A stretch of DNA of 64,000 nucleotides, from NCBI GenBank assembly GCA_002633005.1, contig NMRA01000050.1:513353-577352 (forward strand). Direction: 5' to 3'. Numbering within the stretch: position 1 is the first letter of the stretch; each line of letters starts with the position of its first letter. Position numbers and translations under genes: made by a program. This document shows positions 49,290 through 62,748 of this stretch, one piece after another. The notes beneath the pieces were generated by a model, which searched no databases, was not told the origin of the DNA, and saw only the letters and a list, made by a program, of their open reading frames with translations. This DNA is from Phoronis australis (taxonomy: Eukaryota; Animalia; Phoronida).

Positions 49290-51600
49290 GCACTCAATAA
49301 ATAAACTGCTAAACCAGCAAGGGTTCAAACCAATACAATCGACACTCAATACAGAGTGGGATGTTCATGGAGGATGACAAAAAAGCTACATTTATTTACG
49401 CAAATTAAGGAGTCTTTTCAGGCAGTCATCAGCATTGTTAATCCACGTCAGGAAACGAAACCCTGGGACGAAATCCGCAGCACTAATCTCTAGCATAAAG
49501 AAACTCAGACATCATCATCACTCAACATATCAACTATTAGCAGCCTTATTCAGGCATATTTGGATGCCTCACCAAGAGCGAAAAGTGCAAATCTTGTCTC
49601 TGTGCCCACACGATTACACGAAAAAAGAGTTGCAACAGGCCATACCTGGACTCACTGAACATAAAATTGATCAAGCAAGGAATCATAGTATTCATATTGG
49701 CATGGGTGAGGAAGTTCCTATGCAAAGAATAACCAGAACCAGACTTGATCCAGATAAGACACACCATTTCACTGATTTTACTAAGTCAGCCAAGGTATTT
49801 ACAAGATGTTGTATTACGCATCAAAGTGCTAAAAATGTACAGTGGTGACAGAACTGTCGGACCAGGCGTTATACGCACTGTCATGCCCGCATGCATTATT
49901 AAGCAGTACCAGCAGTTTGTACAAAAACTGGATTCTTTTGGTTGAGTTCGAGCATGCTCATATGAACAATGAAGTGTGTGGTGCATCACAGAAGAAGTCG
50001 CTTCAAGGGCTTAACTACTTGTCTGCTGAGGATGCAAATGGCTTTGACATTTTTGATATCCTAAAATCTATCTCAACAGAACAACAAGCCTTATGTCCTG
50101 ACTGAAGAATGCTAAGACGTACTTGAAAAGCGAGTATGCTGCTCATGTGCCACCAGTTAGTAAGGTTGCTGATTGCTGCATGACATATGCCTTGAGTGAC
50201 CCAGCTGGTCATCATCATTCCTCCTGCCCTTACTCGCATCACATGGAATGTCTATCATGTAAGGATACTGTCAATGTTGGTCGGAGGTAAAGAAGGTGAT
50301 TGAGATGCATTCCAAGAATAAGGCGACTGACCTTCACGACTTCAGTCACACTGTTCGTGGCGTATTGGAATGAAAGGCGCATATTCTTCAGTCTGCCAAT
50401 CACAACCAGGCTAAGAATTGGTGCGTGGCTAATTTGTCTACATCACCATGTTAACTTATAATTGATTGGGCTACGAAGTTTCTACCCCACTACTACAGAC
50501 AGCGAATGACCGACTTTTTGCTAAGAGAGGGAAAAGCTGGCATGTTAGCTGCATAATCACAAAAGACAGTCACCAACAATATAACACCATGTTATATAGT
50601 TATATCTCATTCTTTGAAAGAGTAACTCAGACCTGGGAAACAGTGTGCTCAATAATCAAGAAAATTTCAAGACCACTCATCCTGACATCGTGGAATCATA
50701 CATCAGGTCAGACGATGCAGGGTACTATCACAACACATCACTGCTGGCTAAAGATACGACTTCAGTAAGAGCCAAAGTGGTAAAGGTGTGTATGTCATGT
50801 GGCAAAGATATGACGTTTCAGCTGTTGACATGAAGAGACCGATGAAGTCACATGGGGGTGTTGCTGGTTCTTCTGTTTCAGTGTGCAGGTTGGATGGTAG
50901 TGGGACAGCACAAGGCTTCTCCATCCCTGGACCAGCATGCTGCACAAATTATGCTTTGAAAGAGGAGGTAAGCTCTTTTGCAATGATCAAAAGTTCTGTG
51001 TATGTTATAAGGCTACTTTTGTTTTTGTATTGGAATTATTTTCTATTTTTCAAAAATGAGTATGCTATTGAGTCACATACCAATTCCTGTATAAATCATT
51101 TTTTCTTGGAATAGGTCTGCATCAGGTGCGAATAGACCTTAGTAAACATAACAGGAAAATGTACCTACTGTTATCTCGTTATCAGACCTATTCAGATATG
51201 TATCATTCTATATACACCATTCTCTTTTCAGAAATACTGAGGCGTTGGAAGGCATATGAAATTCGTGAGAGATTGCCTTTCAACTTCCCAGAAGTAGTTC
51301 CCGATTCTGAGCAGCATCTCAAAGTAAGAATCCACCGTGGAGTTGACTTCAAGAACACTTGCTGTAAGACATGAAAAGTCACAGTTGTAGACGTGCAATG
51401 ATGAAAAATACTGCAGGGTTTTCTCTCCACAAATTTAGCTGCAGGCGCATCAGCGAGAGGGATGGCATAAGTCCAGGGGTTCAGAGGACATAACAGTCTA
51501 TGATGGCATCAGAAGAAAGCAGGCTTCTGCCACATCAGGAAATATTGCAAAGGGTAATGCATCATTGTGGTTCACCTCGATCGCAACCATTTTCAGGGGA
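49290..51600 (+). mobile_element. decayed DDD transposase, probably Sola3-like
   Basis: QILSL..IPGLTEHKIDQAR; CGASQKKSLQGLNY; KAHILQSANHNQAK; DWATKFLP..AKRGKSWHVS; SDDAGYYHN; RRWKAYEI; many disruptions. Confidence 0.65.
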
Positions 51601-52049
51601 TGCAAGTGCAATGAATTGTTCGAATTTGAGTCTATGCTAATAATCTTCCAAAACTGTAAAGATTGTAGGGATTTCTAAGTCTAGTTTCCATACTTTTTCC
51701 TCTCTAAATTGTTCACTTCAGCTCAATATGTTAAATGCTCTCTCGTAGAAAATTCCAGGATTCCTTGGAGACGCAGCTCTGAATTCAGCTTTTGCCTACA
51801 AAACTCCAGTCAGAATTTGATGGTATGTGGAGTTTAGGGTGTGGGTATAGAATTAGTCTCCTCGGTTCGGAGGTGAATATATGGTGTTGCAGCTGGAATA
51901 TGGTTGCATATCCATTCCCAGAGTGTGGCCAAATATTATCTATTTCAATAATACTAGTGATAAGTTTGACAGTCCCCCGTTTATAATACATTTGGCTTTG
52001 TGGTTGGCAGCTTCAATATTGTCTTTGGCAATCACAGTAAAACCTGCCA

Positions 52050-52760
52050 ACTCAGAGTTAAAGCAGGCTACTATTACAAAAGGTGGTATTGTTTAGGCAT
52101 GGGTGGCAACTATGAAGTCTACCTACTGAAATTCAGAGAATATTGCCTTGGAAAAAACAATATTGTGCACGAGCGCTACAAAATATGGCAAAGGTCACAA
52201 ATGGTCAATGAGACAAACTGAGTATGCACCTCTTGCAGAGGGCAATCCCGTCAGAGCTCTCAATGAGAAAGAAAACCAATGGAAAGCTGGAACTATCATG
52301 AAAGAGCACTGCGATCAATCGTACACTATCAAAACGTGAGGATGATGATTGTGAAATTCTAGGCAATTTATTTGGGACAAATTATAATCATACCAGTGTC
52401 ACAGTTGAAGGGATTGTGATTCGTCCAATAATCATTCTGTTGGTCCGCCAACTACCACCAAATCAGGACATATCATGAGAGCACCTAATCGCATGGACCT
52501 GTGAACTTAGTTTAATTGATTGGTATTAGACAGTGATCCTAGAAGTTTGTTTAAATCATTTGTAATTTTAATGAAAATATTAACCCTTTAGATTCGAACA
52601 TGGACATTTTGTCAGTAACTTTCTTCTTAAAGGGGGAGATGTGCTATTATGTGTGCACACGTATACTGATTAGATTAACAGCTAGCTTCAAAGTGAAAGA
52701 GAAAATCCAACCAATAGATCAGGGCGACAGCCAACTTCTAAGTTTCATTGACAATCAAAA
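52050..52760 (+). mobile_element. Gypsy 3' end: integrase tail, PPT and start of 3' LTR
   Basis: PLAEGNPVR..WKAGTI..SYTIKT; TTKSGHIMRAPNRMDL; aaagggggaga then TGTG at 52640. Confidence 0.75.
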
Positions 52761-53069
52761 TTTGCCATTGATTTGGCAGCTTAAAAAATAAAATCGATAG
52801 CAACCCAGCATTAAACAAAGGAAAGCAGACTGGAGTTTCTGTATTAAAAATAAAATGAAACATATTTAAAACAAACGGATCATTTGGGAAATGCAACTTT
52901 ATCGAGATAAACCCAAGTTTTTTTGTTATTTTGTGATATCAAACCTATACTTTCGACATTTCAGGCTGTAACTTTGTGTAAATGTGAGAGAAAACCAATT
53001 TCCGTAAAATAAAAACCACAATTGTTGAGAAAATAAAGGCCTTTCCCTACTAATTTAAATACAGATTTT

Positions 53070-53423
53070 TGAAGATGCCGAGATCAAGGTGTCAGCTTTG
53101 ACAATTGGGAATGATTAGATCACCACTTTGATGTTTTGTTGAATCATTGTTCAAGTTGGCATCGTCTCTGTAAGGCAGTATTATACCTCCAGCAATTTAA
53201 ACGATACATACAATTGCCAGTCTCTACAGAAGACACAAAATCACCAGAAAAATCCATTCTATGCTTTGTCCAGTTGAAACATTTCAGCTCCGCACTGAAG
53301 AATGCAAAACGACAGATTGATGGAAACTCAGAGACCAATGTGGTACAGGTATCCAAGCGTAGCTGGATATACTGGTTGGATGCTATCCTGATAATACCCA
53401 AGCATCATGTAATCATGCAATAA
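53070..53423 (+). mobile_element. BEL/Pao pol fragment
   Basis: HCSSWHRLCKAVLYLQQF..EKSILCFVQLKHF..SWIYWLD..IIPK. Confidence 0.7.
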
Positions 53424-55072
53424 GATCATTGATTATGGACCACATACATCATTAAGAAAGCATATATTCATTTAAACGTTTAAAGTGAAAGAACAAGAGA
53501 ATTGTGGTTTACGCTAACAGTGAAGACAAGATAGCCACCCACATACTGGCTTTCTTTGTCGTTGGTATAACATCAGATCGTCCTCTTAGGTTCGTTTTAG
53601 GTTATTTTGGAATGATCGGCGCCACATCCAGCCAGCTTTTCAATTTTAGAACGCCATATTCATACTAGAAACAAACCGTCATTTAAAGATGTGTAGCGGT
53701 AACTGTTATTACCAAATATGATTAAATTATTCATTGCAAAAGACAACGCCATAGTGGAAATAAATATGGAAGTAAATTTCAGGTAGAGGCATCAACCGCC
53801 GACAAAGTGAGTACAAACCAGAAGTTAGATATACACGACACATGCCGCCGAACCATTTATGTGTTTTTGTTTGACAATGCCTTGTTATGGTTTGTAAGGG
53901 ACTGGACATATTTCCTAAAGACATCAAAGACATCAAGGAACTATCAGTACAATTTTGGTTCAGGTCAAATTCAAGATTCATGTGGGTGAGTCATGTCATC
54001 CCCTGCCAATTACAATAACAATTTGAAGTTAAAATAACTTGAGATGACTAAAGTAACACATAAGCTCAAGTGGAGCTCAACTCATATCCGTTGATGAGCG
54101 TCCCAATGGCAGCTGAGGTTGGTGATCGTATTAACTATACAGCTGGCCGAACCACATAAACTCTGAAAATGTTTATTGAGTCGCTAATACTTTTAATAAT
54201 CGTTATGTTTTTTAGACAATCCGTGCATCTGTGGCAAACGTAATAGAAGCCTTCTCAGATGAAAGCACGAGACAGTGAAACACATACCAATGTTCCACAG
54301 AATGTTTGATTGCTTGAATGTTCGTTCGGAATTTGAAGCTTTGAAAAAGTTCAAATCAGACCTGCTTCCGTACACTAATGTGGATGATTACAAATTTCAA
54401 GGCAAGTAAGCTAATAAGAATGGGAAATCTCTCATTGACTTGAAGACTGGTATGTAGGTAAAGACTCTTAATTTCAGTAATGAATCGTAAATTTTATGAC
54501 TTTTTTCTGGAAATTTCCTAACAGGGAAAGTAAAGTGCTCTGTACTAGATGTTGCTAGATGGTACTCTTGACTCCCTTGGAAATACGTGGCGAACTAGTG
54601 GAGTCTTGCATGACGTTACTTTTTTCTCAAGAAACTTGCCCTACTAAACGCACACCTACCTGTAGGAATACCTTAGTTCTAAGAGATGAGGAGCAGCAAC
54701 TGAGTATCTGGCATTTAAAGTCCTTAACTTAAAATGCCAATGTGACTCCAGTATCCGAAAGTACTTACCTAATAAAATCTTATTTTCAATACCCTTTCGT
54801 TATATTTGTTTCGCCTTTCGTGCCACAAGCGGATAATTACCGGCTATCATCGGTTATTTCCATACCCACAATTCGGGCTCATCAGTTCAGGAAGTTGTCT
54901 CGAATGCCGCCATTTTTCCTTGCGACAGAATGTGCTATCGCTTGCTCTAAAAGTCTTCATTATTTTATTTTATTAGTAATTTCTCGTGATTCTTTTGAAT
55001 ATATAGTGTATTTATAGTTCATAGTTAGTGGTCGTTGATTTTTTTTAGACATTGCGTGTATTTTTGTTTATA

Positions 55073-55150
55073 ATGGTGAATCGTTGTGTTGTGTTGGGCT
55101 GTGGCAACACGCATCGAACTGGACATGGATTACATTGGTATACAAATACC
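55073..55150 (+). mobile_element. THAP domain N-terminal fragment (transposon-derived)
   Basis: MVNRCVVLGCGNTHRTGHGLHWY. Confidence 0.6.
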
Positions 55151-55909
55151 CTTGTAATGGAGCTGTTGAACTCGACGACTCATCCAACCTACCAATGCGT
55201 GGAGCTTTAACATACTCCTTTGTCAAGCCAATATGCGAGACCAGATAAAGAGGAGGCAGTTCAGTCGTTTGTTATCAGGTTTCACTGATGAGTGACGACT
55301 TGATGCTGTTGAGCAGTGGACACACGGTGTTTTCTATATATAACTTTGTTATAGATATACCAAGGTTGTCGTTGGTTATTAAATTTACGTTCTCCAAACA
55401 ATCCATTCAAAAAATCATTTTTATAACAGTGAAAAGCAGAATTGGAAGCCTTGATTATTTAAGTTGTGCAATGTGTTTAGGTGTTTCACAAAACTGTGTC
55501 CCTATTGTGTATGTACTCAACATCTTATTGAGGTAACTGAAAGTCATGTTTCTTACTTTTATCAGTATAAATCTGTCAGAGAAGGTAGTAGCTGTGACTT
55601 ATTTATTCAGCTAGACGAATTAGGTTGAGGTGCTCTGAGACTGAAAACAAGACCGAAGCAAGAACTCGAGAAAAGTCTACTAAAATTTGGCGACTGCATA
55701 ATTCAGAGTACTGAACATACCCAGTAAATCTTATAGTAAAAGGTACACATTCTCAAAAATTCGAGCCCTCCACCATGTTTAGGCTTGGTGCCCTCATTGC
55801 AAAGTCTGGGAAAATCTCTCATGAAAGCCAACAACTTTGCACAGTTCGCCAGAAGACCTCAAGTTTATTTGAGCTAGCGCTGTGGCCAGGGGCCACCTAG
55901 GCCTAAGGG

Positions 55910-56245
55910 TAGCCTTGGTGCAAAGCTGTATACTAAACAAGCTGTATTTTAACGATAGTCCTCACACTGCTAGCTGGCAGGCTAGCTAAACTAAGGGCTG
56001 CTGCAGCAGTGTGACACATGACTAACGTAATTTCATGCAAATGTCTGAAACTACCTTAAGTATACAACATCTATGATTTGAACCTTTTGCTTCGACAACC
56101 GCATGCCTTCACCGTTCACCAGTGTCTGGTCTCGGTCCGCACCGAGTCTAATCAGCTGCAGGCCTGATAGCCTGCCAGCTAGCTATATGAAGACAATCGT
56201 CTGATACAGCTTGTATACTTAGTATACAGCTTTGTACCAAGGCTA
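55910..56245. mobile_element. palindromic MITE with ~75-bp TIRs
   Basis: tagccttggtgcaaagctgtatactaa..ctagctggcaggcta / tagcctgccagctag..ttagtatacagctttgtaccaaggcta. Confidence 0.8.
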
Positions 56246-56639
56246 CGGGCCCGAGTGTGGCAAAAAAATATATCAAAATTTATTCAAATTTCGTCAGCAA
56301 TTTCGATACAATTGTCCATTTTAAGGTGCGCTGTGAATTATTTTATCCACGTTTGCAGGACGGTAACGGACACTGCTGCAGTGGCACAGAAATCATACTA
56401 AGCCTGGGTTCCTGAAGGAATCGTACTTCCGGGTTCGCGGTAAGTTCAAAATGGCGCAGTGTTCTTCAAGTTCAAATCGTGAATGGCGCGTTTATTTAAA
56501 CTTTATTCCATTACGGATTGTGTATTAATTATGGGGTAGATACTTCTTGGATCCTTACAACATTTACTAACCATGTAATAAGGGTTAAAAACGTGTGCTT
56601 TTTGAACTTTTAAGTTATTCATTGGTAACTAAAATGTTG

Positions 56640-57385
56640 AATAACAGAGATCTATATTTCAGAGTAAATCACAATTTGGTCAAGCAGGATGCAACGGTCA
56701 AGATCGAGGAGTGCTTGTGTAACGGTAAGGTGGGCAACGACCACTGCAGCCACGTGACAGGTCTCCTGTATACTATCAGTCACTTCAAGAAGATGAGTTT
56801 TAAGAGCATTCCACCCATCGTTGTAAAGACCTCCTTGCCGCAGGCATGGCATGTACCCCACAAGAAAAATGAGATAAGGGCAAATCCTGTTGATGCCATG
56901 GTTGTAAACAACGTCAAGCCAGTGAAGTCCAAGAAAAGTGGTGGAGGGAATTGTGCCAAAAGTATTTTGCCTGGTGGAACAGTCAATTCCAGTTGTTAGT
57001 TTCATATAGCAGCTTGTAGTTGTAAATAACCTGTCCTCTATCAACAGTGAATCACAAGCTCTCATTGTGCTGAGTAAGGTGAGTGACCTAGAACTGTCCG
57101 ACTCCAAATTTGATCAAGTACCACAAGGAATGGTACTATTGTACAAACAGCAGTACCAGAGAAAACCAGAGGACAATATTCACATCGATTCTCCAGAGCT
57201 GCTTGTTTGACCTGTCGCTGTCAAAGACATACATGCCAACTTTGACAAAACCACAAATGGACAGATACAATATTATGGTTTGTACATTGATAACACTTTA
57301 AAGTTTCTTGAGCTGGAGACGAGGCTTCAGTCAGAATGCCATCTGTGGACAGCAGCAAAAAAGGGACGACTAACTTCTAGGAAGA
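56640..57385 (+). mobile_element. SWIM zinc finger plus YqaJ-like exonuclease fragment (ISL2EU-type accessory gene)
   Basis: CLCNGKVGNDHCSHVTGLLY..TSLPQAWHVP; LELETRLQSECHLW..GRLTS. Confidence 0.65.
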
Positions 57386-58385
57386 CAGTAATATGACAAT
57401 TGTCCCCCCCCCCTCCCCAGAGTCATAGCGTGCATTGTTTATACAATTCGAGACACAGCAGTGCAGCACCATTCACGTTGTCCTGTCCTCATCTAGCTGT
57501 TGTTCAACCCGGAGACATCTTAACGTGAACAGAGCGACTGTATACAACATGTAAGTACTAGCTGACTGAAACAGACTGAAATTTAACAGAAAACTGCACC
57601 TTATGACCCCAAAGTTGCATGTAATGACCCTAAAGTTTGTGACTGAATTTAGTTTACAAATGCATAACATATGAAAGGTCTAGCTCAAAAATCACTTTTG
57701 CACTGAATGACCTTTCGACACAGTGCTTGTTCGGCTCTTGAGGATGAAAAATTATGATTACCGATCTTCGGGTCGTGAAACCTTTTCAGCAAACATGAAG
57801 AAAATACTATGGCCCATTTCAGAATGTGAAAGCCAGTTTAGTTGGACAAACTGACTTGTGTGAATTGCTTTAGTGGATTGAAAAGGAAGAATCACGTTTT
57901 TGCAACTGAACTTGGTAAATGAACAGTAGTCTACTGAATGAAAGCAAGAGTTGAGAACAAGTATGTATATTTCGTTGAAAGTGATTTTCTTCATATCCTG
58001 TACAATGGTTTCACATAAGCCTATAAGCATTGTCACGTGATTCAGTCTTCCAATATGTAAACTTGATGTAAATATCAAAAAACATCTATGGTAAGCACTT
58101 TTCAGTTTTGCACAAATTTCCATTTTCCGTTTCTCAAAGGCCAAATGTTGACATCAGAATTTTGACTAAGTTTTGTTTTGTTACAGCTTTTGGCTTATTA
58201 CTGAGCAAGTTAACAAAATAAAATTCCATGTCCACCATACTTAATCATAACATTGAGGGCAACTTCCACTACACATTTTGCATTTCGTGCAAAATGTGTA
58301 GTTTGAAAACCGCCCAAAGCAATGTTTAATGACGTTAACGTAAAATTATTGTACAATAAAGTATGAAGTTCGTAATTGTTTTAGG

Positions 58386-58900
58386 TGTACATCAGATCAG
58401 AGTGACAGCAACACCGGGGTAGGTTGTGACGCATAACTACCAAGGGTGGATGAACGAAGAATTGATGTTGGAGTGGATAGAAAAGATTCTCCGGCCATAC
58501 ACTCAACGCCGCCCATCCATGTTAGTCCAAGATTCGTTTTCTGCCCACGCGACGCAAGCCGTGGACGAAAGTTTAAAGCGTAATCATGTTATACCAGCTA
58601 TCACTCCGGGTGGCTGCACGTCGGAAGTTACAGCCACTAAATGTGTCGGTCAATAAGCCTTTCAAAGGGTTTGTCAGAGAAAAGTGGGGTTTGTACATGC
58701 AACAGCAACCTCTGGGCCAATCATGAATGTAAACAAGCCATCGATGCAGCCGATGGTTGACTGGCTTGAGTACGCATAGGAGAAAACGAGCCGTCGAGTC
58801 ATCCAGAGGAGCTTTCTTTTAACTGGAATTATTCCGCGACGAGATCTTCCACTCGGCGATTCTGATTCCGATTCTCACGAATCATTCCATAGTTTTGACA
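58386..58900 (+). mobile_element. pogo/Tigger DDE transposase C-terminal fragment
   Basis: GWMNEELMLEWIEKIL..LVQDSFSAH..PGGCTS..QPLNVSVNKPFK..SFLLTGI. Confidence 0.88.
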
Positions 58901-60239
58901 AAAACGTGAGTCTCCCTGGTATGCGAAGCTCTTTCGATCCATTCAACTAAAGCCATGTTTGATGTTCAATTGTTGCTTCAAGAGGGATTTAATTGATTAA
59001 TGAACAATTGTCTTTGTAAATAAACGGCAAAAGTAAAAGAAAAAAATATTGCAACTGAAATGGAGTTTTCTTGTTTTTGATCCACACGTTCATTAGAAGT
59101 GTTTAACGCTGCATAAGATTCAGGTTTGGTCGCATTTTAACGGAACAAAAGTACAGTCATGCTCCATACGTTTCCGTGTTAGTGTCTTCAGACAGAAGAG
59201 CAATTGTACTTTCACAAACAGGATGGCTTACCTTTGGTGAACTACTGCTTCCCTCTCATCAGATGGTCCCTGATTTTAGAGGCCGACAATAACGATTAAA
59301 ATTTGGATTTCAGTCGGTTAGCTTAAGTGGCGATTAAAATACCGATCAAGACATTACCCGGCAAAATGAGATTTCGAAATCATTGAGGCGACAGACGAAG
59401 GGCGTACAACTTTTCCTATCAAATAATTCTGATCTACCCTTAAAAAATTCATGCTTATGCGAACAGTTTATCAAAAAGTTTCTGAAGAACTGCCAACGAC
59501 ACTGGCGAAACCGCCAACGTCGATTTGAGATGCAATAAGATATCAAAAAGCAATGTATGTCTCAATTTGATTTTTTATTACTTCAAGAGGATACAACAAG
59601 AACAACCAGTGGGGTAGCCAGGTCTATTATCAACGTATGAATTCCGAAACCAAGAGGCGGCAGAACTTTTGCATGTACATTTCGAGAAAACTGAGAATGT
59701 TCAAAATTGGAGGGCATTTCGGCGAAAATGGGAGGATTTAACACCTCACATGTGTTGTGGGAATTCTAAAAAACGGGAGCCTATCACCTAAATCAAATAG
59801 GAATGATTGGCAATTCATCTGTGACATTATGTTGCCTAATTTTTTCTAATACATGTTTTATCTACTGCACTGCAGTCGGAAACTAAATAAGGGCGGACGG
59901 TGTCGATGCCAAAAGCCAAAGACTTGAAGCCTGTGTCTTGAAGTTAGCGTAGGAGCAAAGGGAAAACATGAAGTGATAAAGCTTTCAAGTACCACGGGTA
60001 TTACAGAGACAATATTGTTACTAGTGGTAATTCACATTAACAAATCATCCTCTCGAAGGCCACCCTTGTCTTCAGTCATTCATTGTTGTTACCGATGTTT
60101 CATCTATTAGTTCGAACATTTGAGTTTCATCTCAAATAGTTCATACGACCAATTTTGTATCTATTAATTCGTACTCAAAGCTCTAAAGGGAAAAATAGTT
60201 CGTACACTAGTGTACAAATTAATAGAGAAAACACCATAG

Positions 60240-60650
60240 ACCTACCTCAGAGATATTTCAGCAGTCACCCAAAAGGGTTTTCTGGTCTCGTTGCACTAAA
60301 AGACAGGCAAATCCGTCTACATATCAACCGAAGTGTAGAACCAGTGGCCCACCCACTAAGGAGAGTCCCGCACAACTTGAAAGACAAAGTAGACAACAAA
60401 ATAAAGGATGATGGCTCAATACCGTTATCATTCCCAAAAAGGACAACCAGATTAGGCTCTGTATTGACATGGGAAAAGCAAATAAGGCGATTATCTGAGA
60501 ATGACACCCAGTTCTAACCGTTGACAAGACTCTGTTGAACACAAATGGTTCTACAGTTTTCAGCAAATTGGACCTTAAATGGGGATACCACAAGATTGCG
60601 TTGGATCCAGATTCCAGAGGTATCACAACTTTTGCTGTATAATCGGGTTT
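60240..60650 (+). mobile_element. Gypsy reverse transcriptase N-terminal fragment
   Basis: PLRRVPHNLKDKV; PKKDNQIRLCIDM..ANKAI; FSKLDLKWGYHKIALDPDSRGITTF. Confidence 0.88.
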
Positions 60651-61259
60651 GAGACAATAAATAATGTGTTCGTCTCAAGAAGAATAACAAGAAATTTCAC
60701 GAATGTGCAGGCAATTCATTAAGCACGGGGGCATATATCATGCAAAATAACGGGAAGAAGACGAAGAAGCCCTCACAGAAATGGTGGACTTGACATCCCA
60801 TGTGAATATACTTTTCGATGCGAGAGACGACGAATTGTGAATGTTATGCAAAAAAAACTTCAATCAGTAACAGGAGCGTGGTGATTGATAGTTTACTCGA
60901 GGACATTGCGTATAGAGTAGTTGAGTACACTTACTTGTGATGCATAATGGTCTATGTTAATGCATTCCTGTACTTATTGTTAATACATGTCTGAAATTCT
61001 TCCCGAGTTATTGTTTTATCGTGAAAATTGCCTCCTGTTCTACCTAGAATGTCAAAACAGTACCATCCGGGAATTGCCTTGCTTTTTAGCGAGGTTTAAG
61101 TGTTACTGAACGGGAGGCTGGTAATGCCATCCTAATTGTATAAACTGCATGTTTTTGTACCTATTCAGATTATATCTCGTTAACACCTTTGTGAATATTT
61201 TTTTCAACATACAAGCTGAGAGTTGGAGCGATGGCGTGAGAAAAGTGCGCTCTGGTCAA

Positions 61260-61497
61260 AGCTGGTCACCGGTCCTCTATGAAACCGGCTAGCCAGCAGT
61301 CAGTTGTTGAGTGGCTCTACCGTTCGTGGGCTGAAGTCGATGACGCCATTGTAAAGAAGTCATTTCTGGTCACCGGAATCCTGCCTCCTATCAACCAAAC
61401 AGACTTGCCCACTCTCAGAGAAATTATAGGGTCAGACGATAGTGATTCAGACTTCGAGGGTTTTAGTAACTCAAAAGACGACAATTTTAGTGCTTAA
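61260..61497 (+). mobile_element. second pogo transposase extreme C-terminus
   Basis: VVEWLYRSWAEVDDAIVKKSFLVTGI..DSDSDFEGF. Confidence 0.75.
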
Positions 61498-62748
61498 ACT
61501 ACGGTATTGAAGTTATGGAAATTGATTGTATGTATAAAATTTATGTTGAACTTTTGCTCCACAATGTTGTGAACAGTTTTGCAAAAAAATGTCACTAAAC
61601 TTTGTGGAATTCTTTGTTGCATTGTCTATGGTGAGTGTGGAAAGTTTTATTAAAATTGGTTCATGGTTACTATGGAAATCTTGACTTTGAATTTCCGTTA
61701 ATATTGACCTCAATTATCTTAAAATTATAGTGTCACAGGCATATAAACCTTCATAACTTTCGTTAACATGATCAGATCTGAGACAGTTTTTACCATTAAA
61801 ACAGCATCAAAATTGCTCCCAGAAAGTGTAAATTAAAAAATGTCCATTTGGTAGATTACGACTCATTTTGGGGTGGAGGGTCACAAATAAGACCAACGTG
61901 GAGCATTGAAAGGCGCCCACGAATGCATTGCAAATGGTGTGCTTTTAGGGTTATCTATTAGTATCATAAAAATGCCCATTAGATGGCGCAAAAACATACA
62001 ATCCAACCAAAAACAGGAACATGCCATATTTCATAAAAATCTGTCAAGGAACTTCAGAGAAACAAAGGACGACAGAATAAAATAAGTAAGAAAGTTCAAA
62101 CAAATTTCTAAACGGACCCATCCTCAGCAGCAAATTTCACATACAAATTCCATCATACAGAGACAAACCTCAACACAGTAAGACTGACTAAGTCAATGCA
62201 GTGCTCACATGTGGGAAACCCCTACCAAATGTGTTATTTATAAACATTTATAAGTTTTAATGTCACAACTTCAAAGAGTATTTATTAGATTTTAACTTAA
62301 ATGTTCGTTATCAAAGCTTAATACAAATTACAATTGCTAAGCTTAAACTAAAGTTATCAACAATAAAAGACTGGGTTTACTTTACATTATGCAAGCGTAG
62401 TTTTACAAAAGTTGCGTCATGTGGTTGAAAGTTTTAGACACATAGTTTTTCAGCAAAATGCTCATTTTTATGGTTCAAGTGAGAAAACAAATCCTACACT
62501 CGTATGCCTCAGGATTTTGACGAAATTTCCAAGAGGTTTTGTCCATGTCATAAACCTGAGACTCGTGCAGAATTCTCTATCTCTGGGTGTGTGCACGTGT
62601 GTGTTAGTGTGTGGAAACCAGTACATAGTTTTACCTTTAAATTAACTATTTTTGGTGTCAATTAGTCTGTTATAATTAATGCTTACTGCAGCTGGACAGA
62701 CATTGTTCCTTTCAAGAACAATTCTGTAACCACTAGCTGAGTCAAAAG

